NCBI GenBank assembly: GCA_964019425.1
Contig: OZ025798.1
Span: 992,001-1,056,000 of the forward strand
DNA: 64,000 nt
Source: Flectonema sp. DT1601
Lineage: Eukaryota
Reading direction: 5' to 3'
Shown here: piece by piece, positions 37,641-50,178 of the stretch
How the letters are laid out: each line of letters opens with the position of its first letter
How positions within the stretch are numbered: the first letter of the stretch is position 1
Program-made: the position numbers and the translations under genes
The notes under the pieces: model-generated
Told to the model about the DNA's origin: nothing
Seen by the model: the letters and a program-made list of their open reading frames with translations, nothing else
The model's database searches: none

Positions 37641-37953
37641 CCGTTTTTTATACATTTTTATTTATTTACCCAAATTTAAGTATTTTGTTATGTTAAAAAT
37701 AACCAAAACACGTATCGTTTCAAAACTTCAGGTAGTTCAGGTAGTTGTGATCTTTTCAGATGACCAACACACCAAACAAAAAGATCGTCATGTTCTATAA
37801 TAAATTTAATATATCTTACCCCCCATCAGTAGAAACACTTATCCCTCTAAGAAGTACACAGGTAAGACCCCAAAACTGACGATAGGAACTGACAGGGTAT
37901 TGAAGTAATAGTTTTATGGTTTCTTTTTTTTTTATATAGAAACAGCTACAAAT

Positions 37954-39792
37954 ATGCCTCCTAAAAAGAAAATCATAAAAAAGAAAATCGTAGTGAGAAA
38001 GGTAAAGCGTATTAAAGGATATACTGATGAGAAGCCTGCAGTCGATGAGCCTCACAGTGACATTGACAGAGACTCTGATAGTGATGTTGAAGACACTCAC
38101 ATGAAGAAGAGATCAAAACTTGTTAATCAAAATATGTTGGATAGATTTTCAGAAAAGCAAACTGGAATGTTCATCGAAGCAGATGCAGCACCTGCGAGAG
38201 AGACACCATTAATAAGCCAAGACTTAATGGATAAGATGAAAAACAGACGTGTCAAAATGGCTGCAGCAGCATCAGAAGCAAACAACAACTCACCTCTAAC
38301 TCGATTCGATTCTGAAATGTCTGTAGCGTCGGGTTCACCGCCACCAGAGCAAGTATCGACACCTTTGTTGGGTGAAATGATATCTTTTTCATCAGACAAA
38401 GAAGAAGTTCCACATCACAGAATGCCAATGTGGTGTAATGGAGAATACACTCACGATAATAGATACATTCGTATGCATGACGAGGCCATTGATTTGGTGA
38501 AATACTTAAAACCGACACACGAAGAAGATGTAATGCGAAAACGTGTTGTTCTCGACATGTCAGACTTAGCCTCATCACTGTTTGATGGATCGCGAGTTGT
38601 GACATTCGGATCCATAATCACAGGTCTTATACTTCCTGTTTCTGATGTTGATATGACGATAGTCTGGTCAGGTATCCCTGATACTGAAGAACTATCTTAT
38701 GAACAATGTCTGTACTCAGCAATGGATAAGCTCGCTGATCATATTGCTAAGAATGGAATTTGTGAAGAAGCCTATCCGCAGGTAATTAAACAAACAAAAG
38801 TACCAATCGTTAAATTCACGCACAAAGATACCTGGATTGACGTTGATATTTCTTTTAATTCTCCCAATGGACGAATTAATTCAGAAATGGTTGTTACCTA
38901 CTGCAAACAACACCCTGTTGCTACTCCACTTGTTACTCTTGTGAAGTATTTCTTACAACAACGTTCCATGAATGAACCTTTTACCGGGGGTCTTGGATCC
39001 TACGCTGTAGCACTGATGGTGATATCTTTCTTACAGCATCACGGTGGATTCCAACCAGGAAGTGATCCTGCTACTGTGGGGTTGGGAGGATTATTAATGG
39101 ATTTCTTTAGGTTTTATGTATTATTTGACTACCAAGGTGTTGGTGTTTCCGTCAAAGACAGATCGTTTTTTCGTAAAACTCGCGAACAACAAAACGACAG
39201 AGCTGCCTTCCTTCTTCAAGATCCACAAAATGATCAAAATAACGTTGCTTCGTCTACTCGACAGCTAAGCTCAATCAGATCTGCTTTCCATCATGCATTT
39301 TTAGCTCTTGATTGTGACTTTCCGTATGTGCCTGAAGCTGAACAGAGTGCTGAACACCCGAATATTAAGAACAGAGTATGATCATTTATTTCCTTCTTTT
39401 TTTTTTCTTCTCTCGTATGAAAAATAATTTTTGAGCCTTTTTAATAACAAAAACAGCCAACAATGCTATCACGAATCATCCATATTGATCATGCGATGTT
39501 AGACCGTCGGAACAAAGTATCTCAAGCCTATGATATGTGGGCTGAGAAGAACCCAACGCTTTCAGCCACTGATTTCATAACTAGATTCGAAGAGCAACAA
39601 GTATGTGTATATTGTGGTGAAACTGTCATTCTCCGTTTTTTTTTTTTTTTAAATCATTTTTTAAACCAAACAATAATACCTCAGGTATCTGGTCCTGACA
39701 TGAAAGGGTACTTACAAGATTTGGGTGCCTTTCCTGACGAAGAAGAAATAATCGAAATAGACGCCGACGACGACGACGTGTATGTTTTGTAG
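37954..39792 (+). CDS. TRF4: Non-canonical poly(A) polymerase, TRF4/5-PAPD5/7 type, 3 exons
   Basis: FGSIITGLILPVSDVD, KVPIVKF, DVDISFN, NEPFTGGLGSY, LLQDP; exons 37954-39375, 39457-39600, 39685-39792. Confidence 0.9.
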
Positions 39793-40150
39793 GATTGCAC
39801 ACAGTTTTGTTGTGTTTTCTACGTTAGTACAGTCCAAGTCTGCAAGTATATGAGCTGTTTCGTTATGTTAAGATTTCGTACAGGACGAAAGTTGATTTTT
39901 CAAAAATTCTAGACAGTCTGGTTCTGGTTGAGATCAGAAACTCAAAGTGTTCATTAGGTTAACACAACTTACAGTCAATGGCTGATCAACATTTATGATG
40001 TATTTATTATTGTGGGACATATACTCTTTCTTAACACAACAGATGGAAGTCAATGATGAAAATATTCTGAAAGAAATAGTAGACAATATAGTTGTGTTTT
40101 CTTTGAGTAATAAAATAATATTTTACAGCGATCACAAATATCCAACAGAA

Positions 40151-43100
40151 ATGGCTGTCGGGGCGGCAGCTGTTTTTGTAATGATCGCGTTAGCTGGGTT
40201 GCCTCATAAGAGAATCGATCATTTACACGAGCAAGCAATCAGCATGAAGCTCAGCGGGATTATGGGCGTTGCGGAAAGAGCTAAGGAAGCATCCTATAGA
40301 CAGATAGCTACTCAACAGTTATTGTTACCAGGACACTTTGAAGGTCTTCGGATGTTATTAGTTGATGTCTGGTTAGATGATCCAAAGCACACCTGTCAGG
40401 GAGGCGTTCGGAGAGGAGGAAATAACAAAGACCCATTACAGTATTACACTCCACAGAATCCATCAACAATTGAAATATTTAACCGTGACATAGCAGGTGG
40501 TGGGACTCACACGCTAACTTGTGAGGAAAGCTACACAGTTGACGCTGCGAAAAAAGCATACATCAGAAACAGACTAATACCACGTGTTGTATCACAACTT
40601 TCGTTAACGCTGGCACCGCGTTTTCGCGGTTCTGGAGGGAGTGCTCCTATAACAGGAAATGATGCGACTTCGTCACCCTCATGTGCAGGTTATCATTGTA
40701 TTAAGTGTGGAACTGGTTCTCATTTCGTATTTAAACTTCCATATCCGTATGCCTTCCCATCATCTGATGTGTTGATATTATTATCAGCAGAACCAGACGT
40801 GACAGCAGCCACAGCATTTCCCTGTACTTTCGGATCTGATGGAAGACCTACTTCTGTTGTATTAAATGTCGCTCCCAATAAGATATCTGACATTGGGAAG
40901 ATACCTCGCGGACCTATGAAAATGCATTCAAGAACATTACAGGCAATGTTGCATGGGTTGGGATTTGATGTTTCGTTATTTTCAACATGGAAACAGGGAG
41001 CTTCCCCTAACTACACTATCCCTGCCTTGCATACACCTGGAGCGGTTATTAATGTTGTTGGATCTCCGAGTGTGAAAACTTGGATTGAAAACGTTCAATT
41101 TCGTTGTACTGGTCATCCAAAAGGTGGTTCCGGAACTATTGACGGAGCTGAGTTAGAAAATGCTCTCACAGAAGGTATAACACTGCCATATTGGGAAAAG
41201 AGACTTTTCAAAGGAGATATTTTAACAATGCTACCTGACATATCACTTGACTACTCTCAATCTATTCCTGTTGTTTCTGGACTTACATTATCAGCTTTTA
41301 AAGATATGGGATGGTATGAAGTGAATATGAAAATGGAACAACCACTTCCATGGCTAAGAGAACAACCATGTAACATCCCAAGTATTCCCTGCAGTAGTTG
41401 GCCAGATCGTTATAAATGTTCAAAGAATGAATTACAACCCATGTGTAGTCCAGACTTGCTATCAACTGCGACGTGTGCAGGATTTGAATGGCCAAGTGGT
41501 ATGATTCCAAATAAATTCCGAAGGGACGCACTGAATGTTAATTGGGGAGGAGGTGATCCACTAATGGACTTCTGTCCATTCCGCGACTCACGAGATTCTA
41601 TTCAATCTTCTTGTTTGATTCCATCGAATGATCCTTCTGAACAGAATTGTCAGACAGAGAGATGCCCATCATTCCAACTTCGTTCTCCATCAAGCAGATG
41701 TTTTATATCAAATCTTCACTACACTGCATATGGTGAAGAGTCTAATATCACGAGAGGTACTTGTATTCCTCATTATTGTCAAAAGGTTGGTATTCCAGCA
41801 CCTGGTCAACCCCAAGAATGGAGAGCATACCTTCAAATAGGAGGTAAAGAATACATGTGTGACTCTACAACAACAACAGTAGGTCCTGGAGACACAAATG
41901 GAGAAAAGGTTTGTAGTGGAGCAACAATTAAAGGAACTGTTCGGTGTCCTGATCTTAGAGAGCTTTGTGAAGAGGCAGGTCCTCAAGCGTATGTTAAGTC
42001 TTGTGATCCAATTGAAGACTGTAATGCTCGTGGATCTTGTGACGAAAACGGGAATTGCGTTTGCTTCACAGAAGTTGACCCAAAGGGAAATCCTCTCTAC
42101 GGAATGTTTGCTGGTGAACGCTGCACAAAGTGTCACGAGGACTACTACGGCCTGCAGTGCAAACAAAAGAAATGTCCGGTTGAACCAGAAACAGGAGCAA
42201 TGTGTTATAATCACGGTCAGTGTCTAGGTAATGGGATATGTGAATGTTACTCAAATGTAACACATGGTTACTGGTCTAATACAACTGGTTGTTCAACATG
42301 TACAACAGGTATAACTGGTGGCTCATGTAAGTTAGCTGAATGTAATCCAGCAGGAGGTTCAACTGGAGGATGTGTAAAAGGTATTTGTAATCCAACTACT
42401 CTAAGATGTAATTGTTATGCATCAGCTGCACAGGGGTATTGGGATGTGGGTACACTTGGAACTTGTGACCGGTGCAAGTCTGGTTATGATTTCCATCAAT
42501 CGTGTAAAGTTAGAATTCAAAACTACTATGCCTGCGACAATCCATCTAACCCTGACATCTTAAAGATTGATGTTTGTTTAGCAACCTGTCGACCTGGTGA
42601 AGAAGTCCCTCGAAGAGTATCAATGGTTGATTATCACGGATGTACTTTTGATAAACCAAGTCCAAGATGTGGAACAAAAGTTTGTGAACATCCATCTTCG
42701 AGGAATAGCAGCGTCCCATCTCCAAGAGCTGGAGCACCTTCAGGGTGTCCGACTCCAACATTTGTACCGTACGACTGTAAAGGTTTCCCGAATCCATATC
42801 ATGATTGCTGGTTAGAGAATGAGTGTAGTTGTGTAAGTCCAAGAAAGCCTCAATGTATTGCAGGGACAGATGCTATCCTCTCACCAGATGCTTATCCAGT
42901 CGCCTCTAATTTACGAGATGCTGGAGGCTCTAGTGACTTACGACCAATAAGTTTCCCAACTTCTAAGAAACAATGTAAATGTCCAAAACCCGGATTCAGA
43001 CCATCAATCAACTGTTGGAGTACTTGGGTTGAAAAGAGTCCTGATTTCCCGGGGGGTGTTCAACCTCGGAAACCCTACAAGAGAGGGGTTGTCGTATTGT

Positions 43101-46100
43101 TTGAACCACAGCAGCTATTTTATGAAGACTTTTGTCATTGTACGTCACCTCCAATAGCGAAGTGCTCTGATGAGACTAAATCAGAGTGGTTGATGCAAAG
43201 GAAACAAGGGCTGCGATTAGACTGCAATGTCCTGCTCTCGGACTTCGGTTGTCCTAATTGGGACTTCATTCTCAACGTTGGGGGTGTCGCAAACTCTTCA
43301 GCACCGGACTTGTCGCTCATCGACTGCGATGGATGGCCTGCACCAAAGCTTTTGAAAGAAGCAGACCCGTGTGGTTGCCCGTTCCCTCAATTTAAATGCC
43401 TTCCCGGAACTTTGGGGAAGTGTAACGATCCTCCGAAGTGCCCTGACTGGGATCCGCTACCGGCGATCAATTGTTTGGGTCAAATGCCTCCCGTTTTGAC
43501 TTTTCATGGGGCGCATCCCTGCGGATGTAGACCACCCCCGACACCCACATGTATACCTGGAACTGAAAGAACAAAATGTCAATGTGAACCTTCTGGTTAT
43601 AATGATTTAGATTCTGAACCATGTAGTCCTGATACTGTTGAATGGATTGAGTGTTTAGGTACTCCACTTGAACCACCACCTTGGGATCCACACACATATT
43701 ATCCAACAGGTGATCCTTTTATTAATGTTTGTGATCCTTGTCCGCAGTGCCGTAAACACATTCCAACTCGTCGTTGCCTTCCCGGAACTGCATCACCGAC
43801 TCCGCTGCTGGATAACAAAGTTCCTCGTCTGTGTTTGTCACATTCTTTTAATAAGACGAATTGTATTTCATTTCCAGCACCCTGTCCTGTTGATTGTAAA
43901 GGGAACCCGAAGCCACCAGAGACAGATTACGATCCTAATTGTGAATGCCCTCCTGTTATACCAGTACCTTCATGTTTACCAGGTACGGATGGATCTCCTC
44001 CAGATGCTGATTTGAGGGGAACACCGTGTGAGGCGACACCACAGCTATGCGAAGAGTATGCTTGTGGAGGAGGTGACAGAGATGTGCAAGGTATCGCTGC
44101 GGACCTCGGGCTGAATGGCGACTACTCTGCAAAGGCAAGAGAATCACTCCTGGCTGCCTTGACTGGAAACCGTTACTGTGTTCAAGAAGGTCAATGTAGT
44201 AGCCACTACCACTGTGCTGCAGGATATTATTGTGGTGTTTGCGGGTTATGTCTCTACGGTGAAGTAAATGTAGCAGCCTCAGGATGCCTCGCAGACAGGG
44301 GTATGAGTTGCGGTAACTTCAAGTGCGAAGTTTCGTGTGATGAGGATGGACTTCGACAAATAAAATCTGGTTTACGAGATGCGAAGTGTAAGATGCAATG
44401 TTTAACTGATGCTGACTGTAGGAATGGTGCTATCTGTTCACTTGGTGTTTACACTCCACCTCCAGATGCTGGTGCAGCTTACAGAGGTGATGTGCGTGTT
44501 GTTGGAAAGGCAGCAAAGCCGAAAACGCAACCCATTCCACAGGGTATACCAGGTATTAATCCTCAAGCAACTCCTCCTTATCTTGGACTTACTGAAGAAC
44601 CCTTTGAGTTTGTCCCCCTTCGTAACTTTGGTGAATGTATTATGCCAGAGCACTCTGATCAGAGTGCAGTTGAGTATTGTACTACTCATGATCAGTGTGA
44701 TGGGTATGCTTGTGGAACTCATAACAAGCAGTTCATCTTTTCAAATAGCAGATGTATGGGAAGCTGTCACGTTAATAGTCACTGCCATCCAGACTATAGA
44801 TGCATTAGATACAGTGGAAGATGTGTTCCAACAACAATGAGTGGTTCAGGTCAGATTGGAGGAGATACCCTACCAGATGGTCCAAGTTGTTCATTGCAAG
44901 ACTCTTCATTTTGTTCACCATATTGGTGTGGAGGTGATAGAAGTGCTCAGATAAAAGACTCTTCAATATGTCCAATGAGTTGTGTTGATGACAACAGCTG
45001 TCAACCTTTTTATGAATGTCAATTTCCTACAATCGAAGACCTAGACAACGATGAAGACGAGGTCGAGCAATGCAATCCCGAAACAGGTGTTGCCAATACA
45101 AATATAAAGCGGCAAAAGTCATCTGCTGTACTCAACTCCGACCCCAATGCAAACTACGCTAGTAAGGGGAAATGTGTTCCGACAATCGCTATTATTAGAC
45201 GTGGTCAGAGTCAAGAAGATTTACAACTTGAATTGCAATCAAATCCATTTGTTACCGACAAAGAAAGATTTAGAATGCATCCGTTACTTAAAGAATATCC
45301 ATCTTTAGTTTATGTTGTTGGTAATCACGGTGGGTATCAAGATGATCCGAATACTGTTAGACTTCGACACAGTCCATTTGTACCTGGAACTCCATTAGCT
45401 GTTCCATCACCTGGTACTGTTATCGAAACAAATGTTGCAGAATGTTTTCCATACGCAGCAGTAATGCGAGGAATTACTACTCGTCAGCTTGAAAAAATGA
45501 AAGTAACATCCGGTAGTGGAAACATTGATGTCAACACAGGAACCTTTTTAACCCTTCCATCTTGTAAGTCATATTGCATGGATGACGCTGACTGTGCTGG
45601 TGGATTCTTCTGTACGAAACCTCCAGAAACGCCGATCTACACATCTTCAGGAGGGAAAAAAGTTATTTCCCGAGGAAACGGCGATCCATCCAAAAATGAT
45701 CTCGGTCTTCAGGGAGCTGATGAAGACATCTCGTCAGACTCAAACAAACCCCGTGATCCTGGATACACTCACCTGAAGGGAAAATGTCAAGTAAAACGGG
45801 GATTGGGAACTGCTTGTAACGTTAATGGAGAGTGCGGTAGCAGTCACTGCTGGTTTGGAATCTGTTGTAATGTTGCCTGTTCTTCTCCGTGTCAGACATG
45901 TGAGAGGATGGGTGTTTGTGGATGGGTTGTCCCTCACACTGCTCCGAACTCGAGATGTCCTAAATGTCAATGGTGTGAATATGATGGAGACAATCCTGGA
46001 CCTGCATCTCGACTTGAATGTGCTCCGATACCTGAAGGACAAGATCCGAATGATAACTGTGGACCTCATGCAACTTGTAATGGTGAAGGTGGGTGTGTCT

Positions 46101-49100
46101 CTGACGATGGCTGGGGTGGTGGTGGCGACACCTGCTCGTCTGGTAGATCCGGTCCAAACTGTGACGATGAAAATATTCATTTCAGAACTGTTGTAACTGA
46201 AGAAGTGTATTCGATGTGTTCTCCAGACCTGGCTGCCAGACTGTCTTCTTCACCAGCAATACCACCACCTGCTGGTGCGATTAGAGTATCAAAAAGATCT
46301 AATGCTGGTTTTGATCCTATCACTACACTCCCATCAACATACCTTAGAAGACAGAATGTGATTGATAGACGACCTAGACAATGGGCGTCTCAGGTGTTGG
46401 GAGTGTCATCGCATTCAATGTTCGGATGCTCAAATATATTATATGAGCCGTCAGCACCTCGTAAGCAAAGAATTCACAAACCTTCAGATAAATCCTGGGC
46501 TCCAGGACAATACGTCAAGAGTGCTCCTGGAGGCCAAGACGAAAACCCACAAAAACGCTACGCTCCATGGGTTAATTGTAAGCTGCTAGCTACCGCAGGT
46601 GCGTGTGGCGCCATCACCGGCTGCAAGTGGTATACGTCCCCAACACCTGGTTTCTGTAATGGAGATCCTAACGTGAACGTTGTGAAACCTAATACAGTTA
46701 TATTATCACATGATGGTATCAATTATGATCCTAAAACGATACCAACTCCTCAACCTTATGAGTGGATTGAATTATCATTTGATTCTCCAATTGTTATAGA
46801 GTCTATTATTATACACGAGAATTATAATCCAGGAAGTATCGTAAAGATAGAATCACAACCTGCGCCGGCTGGTTCATTCGCATTGGCGCAATCTGGCGGA
46901 GGAGCACCACAGACTGACCCGATTACTGGATTACAGGTTCCTTTTGGGAGTGGAATACCTCCAAGAAGTGGGAAGTCAACTTCTCCCGTATCAACATGTG
47001 GTGCATTAACAAAGCTTGGTATGGATACTTGTGTATCGGATATTTCTTGTTATTGGATCACTGGTGAGTGTCGTGCTGCTACAGGAACGTGTAATCAAAT
47101 CGGTAAAGAAAGCTGTGCCATCCGAGAACAAAATGGTGTCTGTCACTGGGATGCCTTACAATCTGAATGCATGCCTGGCAGGCGATCCGGTTGTTACGAA
47201 AGACGTGATTTCGACGATACTCAACACGTCATCTACTGTGAGACCTTTAATGATATTACTGTTTATGATGCTACTACTAGTCCTGAGGTTGATTGTATTG
47301 CTGCACAACCACTCAAGAAATGTGTTTGGGGTTCATTCAAAGCTGATTCTTGCATTGCTGGCACTCTTCACTGCAGTGAAGCAAATGGAAAACCAGATCT
47401 TTGTATTGGTACGTGCATCTATGATACTACAACTGCTGTTTGTACTGATGGGTCTTTTCCAAACTCTTGGACACGACAACAATACTGCAGCACTTTGAAG
47501 AGCGCTCAGTTGTGTGGATCTGAAATTAGGTGTTCGTGGGTTCCAAACAAAGATGTGACAGGATGTATGCCACTTGTTAGATCACATTGTGTTTTTGAAA
47601 CTCCTGAAGGAGATTGCAGAGGAATGGCATCATGTGAATGGGTTGGACCTCCGACAGTAACACCAGCACCAACAACATTCTCTCAGGGATGTCCAGACTT
47701 GGGAACTTATCAACACTCATCATCTGCTAAGTATGTCAGAACTAATTCAGGTTATGTCGTATCCTTAGCCTGTCAGACTGGGTATGCTCAAAGTACTTCT
47801 GTCGCTAGTTGTAAAGGGTCTTCTAATTCAACTGTTGAGCTTCAGGGAAACACTTCCTGCATTCCAAGGACATGTCCTGACTATCAACCTGCTGATTCTG
47901 TTATGATAGTCTCGGGTTACACAACTTCAAGTGGATTCTTGGAAAAACAACAAGGATCTACTCCGATATTAAGTTGTTCAAATGGTAACCTAACAGGTAC
48001 ATCACCAGTATGTGAAAATGGTCATTGGGTTGGTGGATCTGCTTCTTGTAGTAGCACAGGGAGAAGAGGTGTTCATATTTTAGAACATCCGTCGACAAGA
48101 CAAACACAACGATTGCGAGAGATGGGCACAGAACGTAATGAGAATTGGTGGGTTCCCGATCACGACTACGAAGGACTAACTGAAGCTTTTAAAGAACTAC
48201 AAGAAAGATGGTCAATGGGATACAACTACCTACATAATGAACATAGACATCACAGAATGATGAAAATATTAGCAACAGAGACAACTGGCACAGCAACTGC
48301 AGCGTTGGTTGGTAGCTGTGGATTGAATCCATCTTTTGAACCAGACCCGACAGTGAAAGGAGATATGTTAGACTGGAGTACTCTCTGTCCTCAACAAACA
48401 TCTGAAGGTGTTTGTATTAATAGTGATACCAATGCTGAGAAAGGTTCTCCTCAAGACCGCTCTGGTAAGTGTAAGTGGTCGCTTCCTTCTAAAGTAGACG
48501 GCGAAGTAATACTACCTAGCGAGCCAAAGTCACCTTCAGAAACCGGAACGTTTGGTACTGCTAGTGAAGCAAAGCCTTTCAGACTTAAAAACATGGCACC
48601 TGAATTCGATAGCGACAAACCCATGCCAACGAAAGATGAGACAAAACCAACACCAACTAACATACGTTGTGAAGACCTCCCTGCAAATGTTTCAATAAAT
48701 CAAAACAAAGCAAACTATGAAGTCATTTGGGAAAGACCATTTCCTAACTTTGTAGAACCCAAACGATACAGAGAATTATCGATAGACGTTGGACAGGTTG
48801 CCTACAGAAGTCAAGTAATTAGAATAACAATGTCACCTACTAGTGATACAAGAAGTATGATTGATGCTGTAGCTATTGTTGGATATCAGAATGGTGATAA
48901 TAATGCAGCATCTACAGTTGGATTAAAATGTAAAGGTGAGATCTGGGTATCACCTGTCAGAGATGGAACTCGATCCAGTGCTAACATTCAAACAGCATCA
49001 GTTCAAGCTGTTCCATGTAATGGAAGAGGGAAGTGTGGACCTCGTGGATGTGAGTGTTTTGGGAATTTCTACGGAGAGGGTTGTGAGACTTGTAAATTTG

Positions 49101-50178
49101 GCTGGTCAGGCACTGGTTGTGACACTCCAATTAAAATAGGTTGCGAGGTCGTTGCCTTCGAAGATCTTTCTCAGTTCAGCAGCGAAGCAGAAGTTCGCGC
49201 TCGTTGGAAGTTTGACAACTATCACAATTTCCGTTCTTCAGGTCTTCGTTGGCAACACTTTGGATCAAAATTAACCTCTCCTCAATACAATCTCGGTGAC
49301 CACACTCATATAAAATTAGATATTGGTACCCTGATGGTTGACGTACCTAAGAGTGATGATTGTGGAATAGTGGTACGTATTATTACTTTACATCTGGCGA
49401 CAAATATTATTTATAAAATCTCTGCAATCTCACTTGTTCTCAAACACGCGAGACATATTCATTAGATCTCCCCTCTTACCGTATCGTCACTCCTGTAAAA
49501 TGATTATTCTTTGAAGAATGCTTCAGGAGCCTTCCTCGTCGACCTTTTCTCCTTTTGACAATAAACTCATTATATTAGAAATCGATACCGTATCGATACC
49601 CTTTTTACTCAATGAGCTGAGCATCCTTGTTCCACAAAGCATCGATACTCTTGTCAAACTTACAAAGTTTCCCAACTTCTATATTCCAATCCTTGGGCAA
49701 TATCGAATGTTAAAACTCTCTTTGTGACTACCCACCTGGACATTCATTCCTTTATCAAAAACAACAAATCAGATTGGAGTTTCCAGCGGTATTGGAACGT
49801 CGGACTACGAAATAATATACGCCACAGGATGTGAATTGTATGTGTTATATTGTTTCTTTTTTTAAACACCAGCTATTTGGGAAAAAAAAACAAAAAACAA
49901 ACAAAGCTTCTCTGGTTTAAACGTAATTGGACAAGAACGCGGAGATAAGATAGGATTTTTCTCCGTACAAAGAAGATGGTTACCGTCAACGGCTGTAATT
50001 TCTGTTGAGGTTTGGTGGGGAGGATCAAATACGGGTTCATACGTATTTACTATACTAAACTTTCAGTTACAGGTATGTCAAGTTATAAGTACTACCCAAA
50101 CAAATAATAAAACGTTTGTGTTGTCATCAAATCAAAACAAAATTACAGACATGTTCCTGGACTGATATTTCTGCTTAA
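40151..50178 (+). CDS. Giant secreted Cys-rich protein (~3160 aa): inactive leishmanolysin/GP63 (peptidase M8)-like domain, EGF/laminin-like repeats, Pro/Cys repeats, galactose-binding-like jelly-roll, sushi-like units; 4 exons
   Basis: Exons 40151-49372, 49773-49837, 49907-50072, 50149-50178 (third acceptor is AAG). Signal peptide MAVGAAAVFVMIALAG; M8 motifs HGLGF, GAELEN, WEKR, DMGWY, GGDPLMDFCP; EGF motifs such as CNARGSCDENGNCVC. Confidence 0.85.

Noticed and set aside
49838..49872. Alternative CAG acceptor at 49872
   Set aside because: Gives a 35-nt intron, a Lys-rich run and an early stop; AAG at 49906 keeps the frame to the next donor
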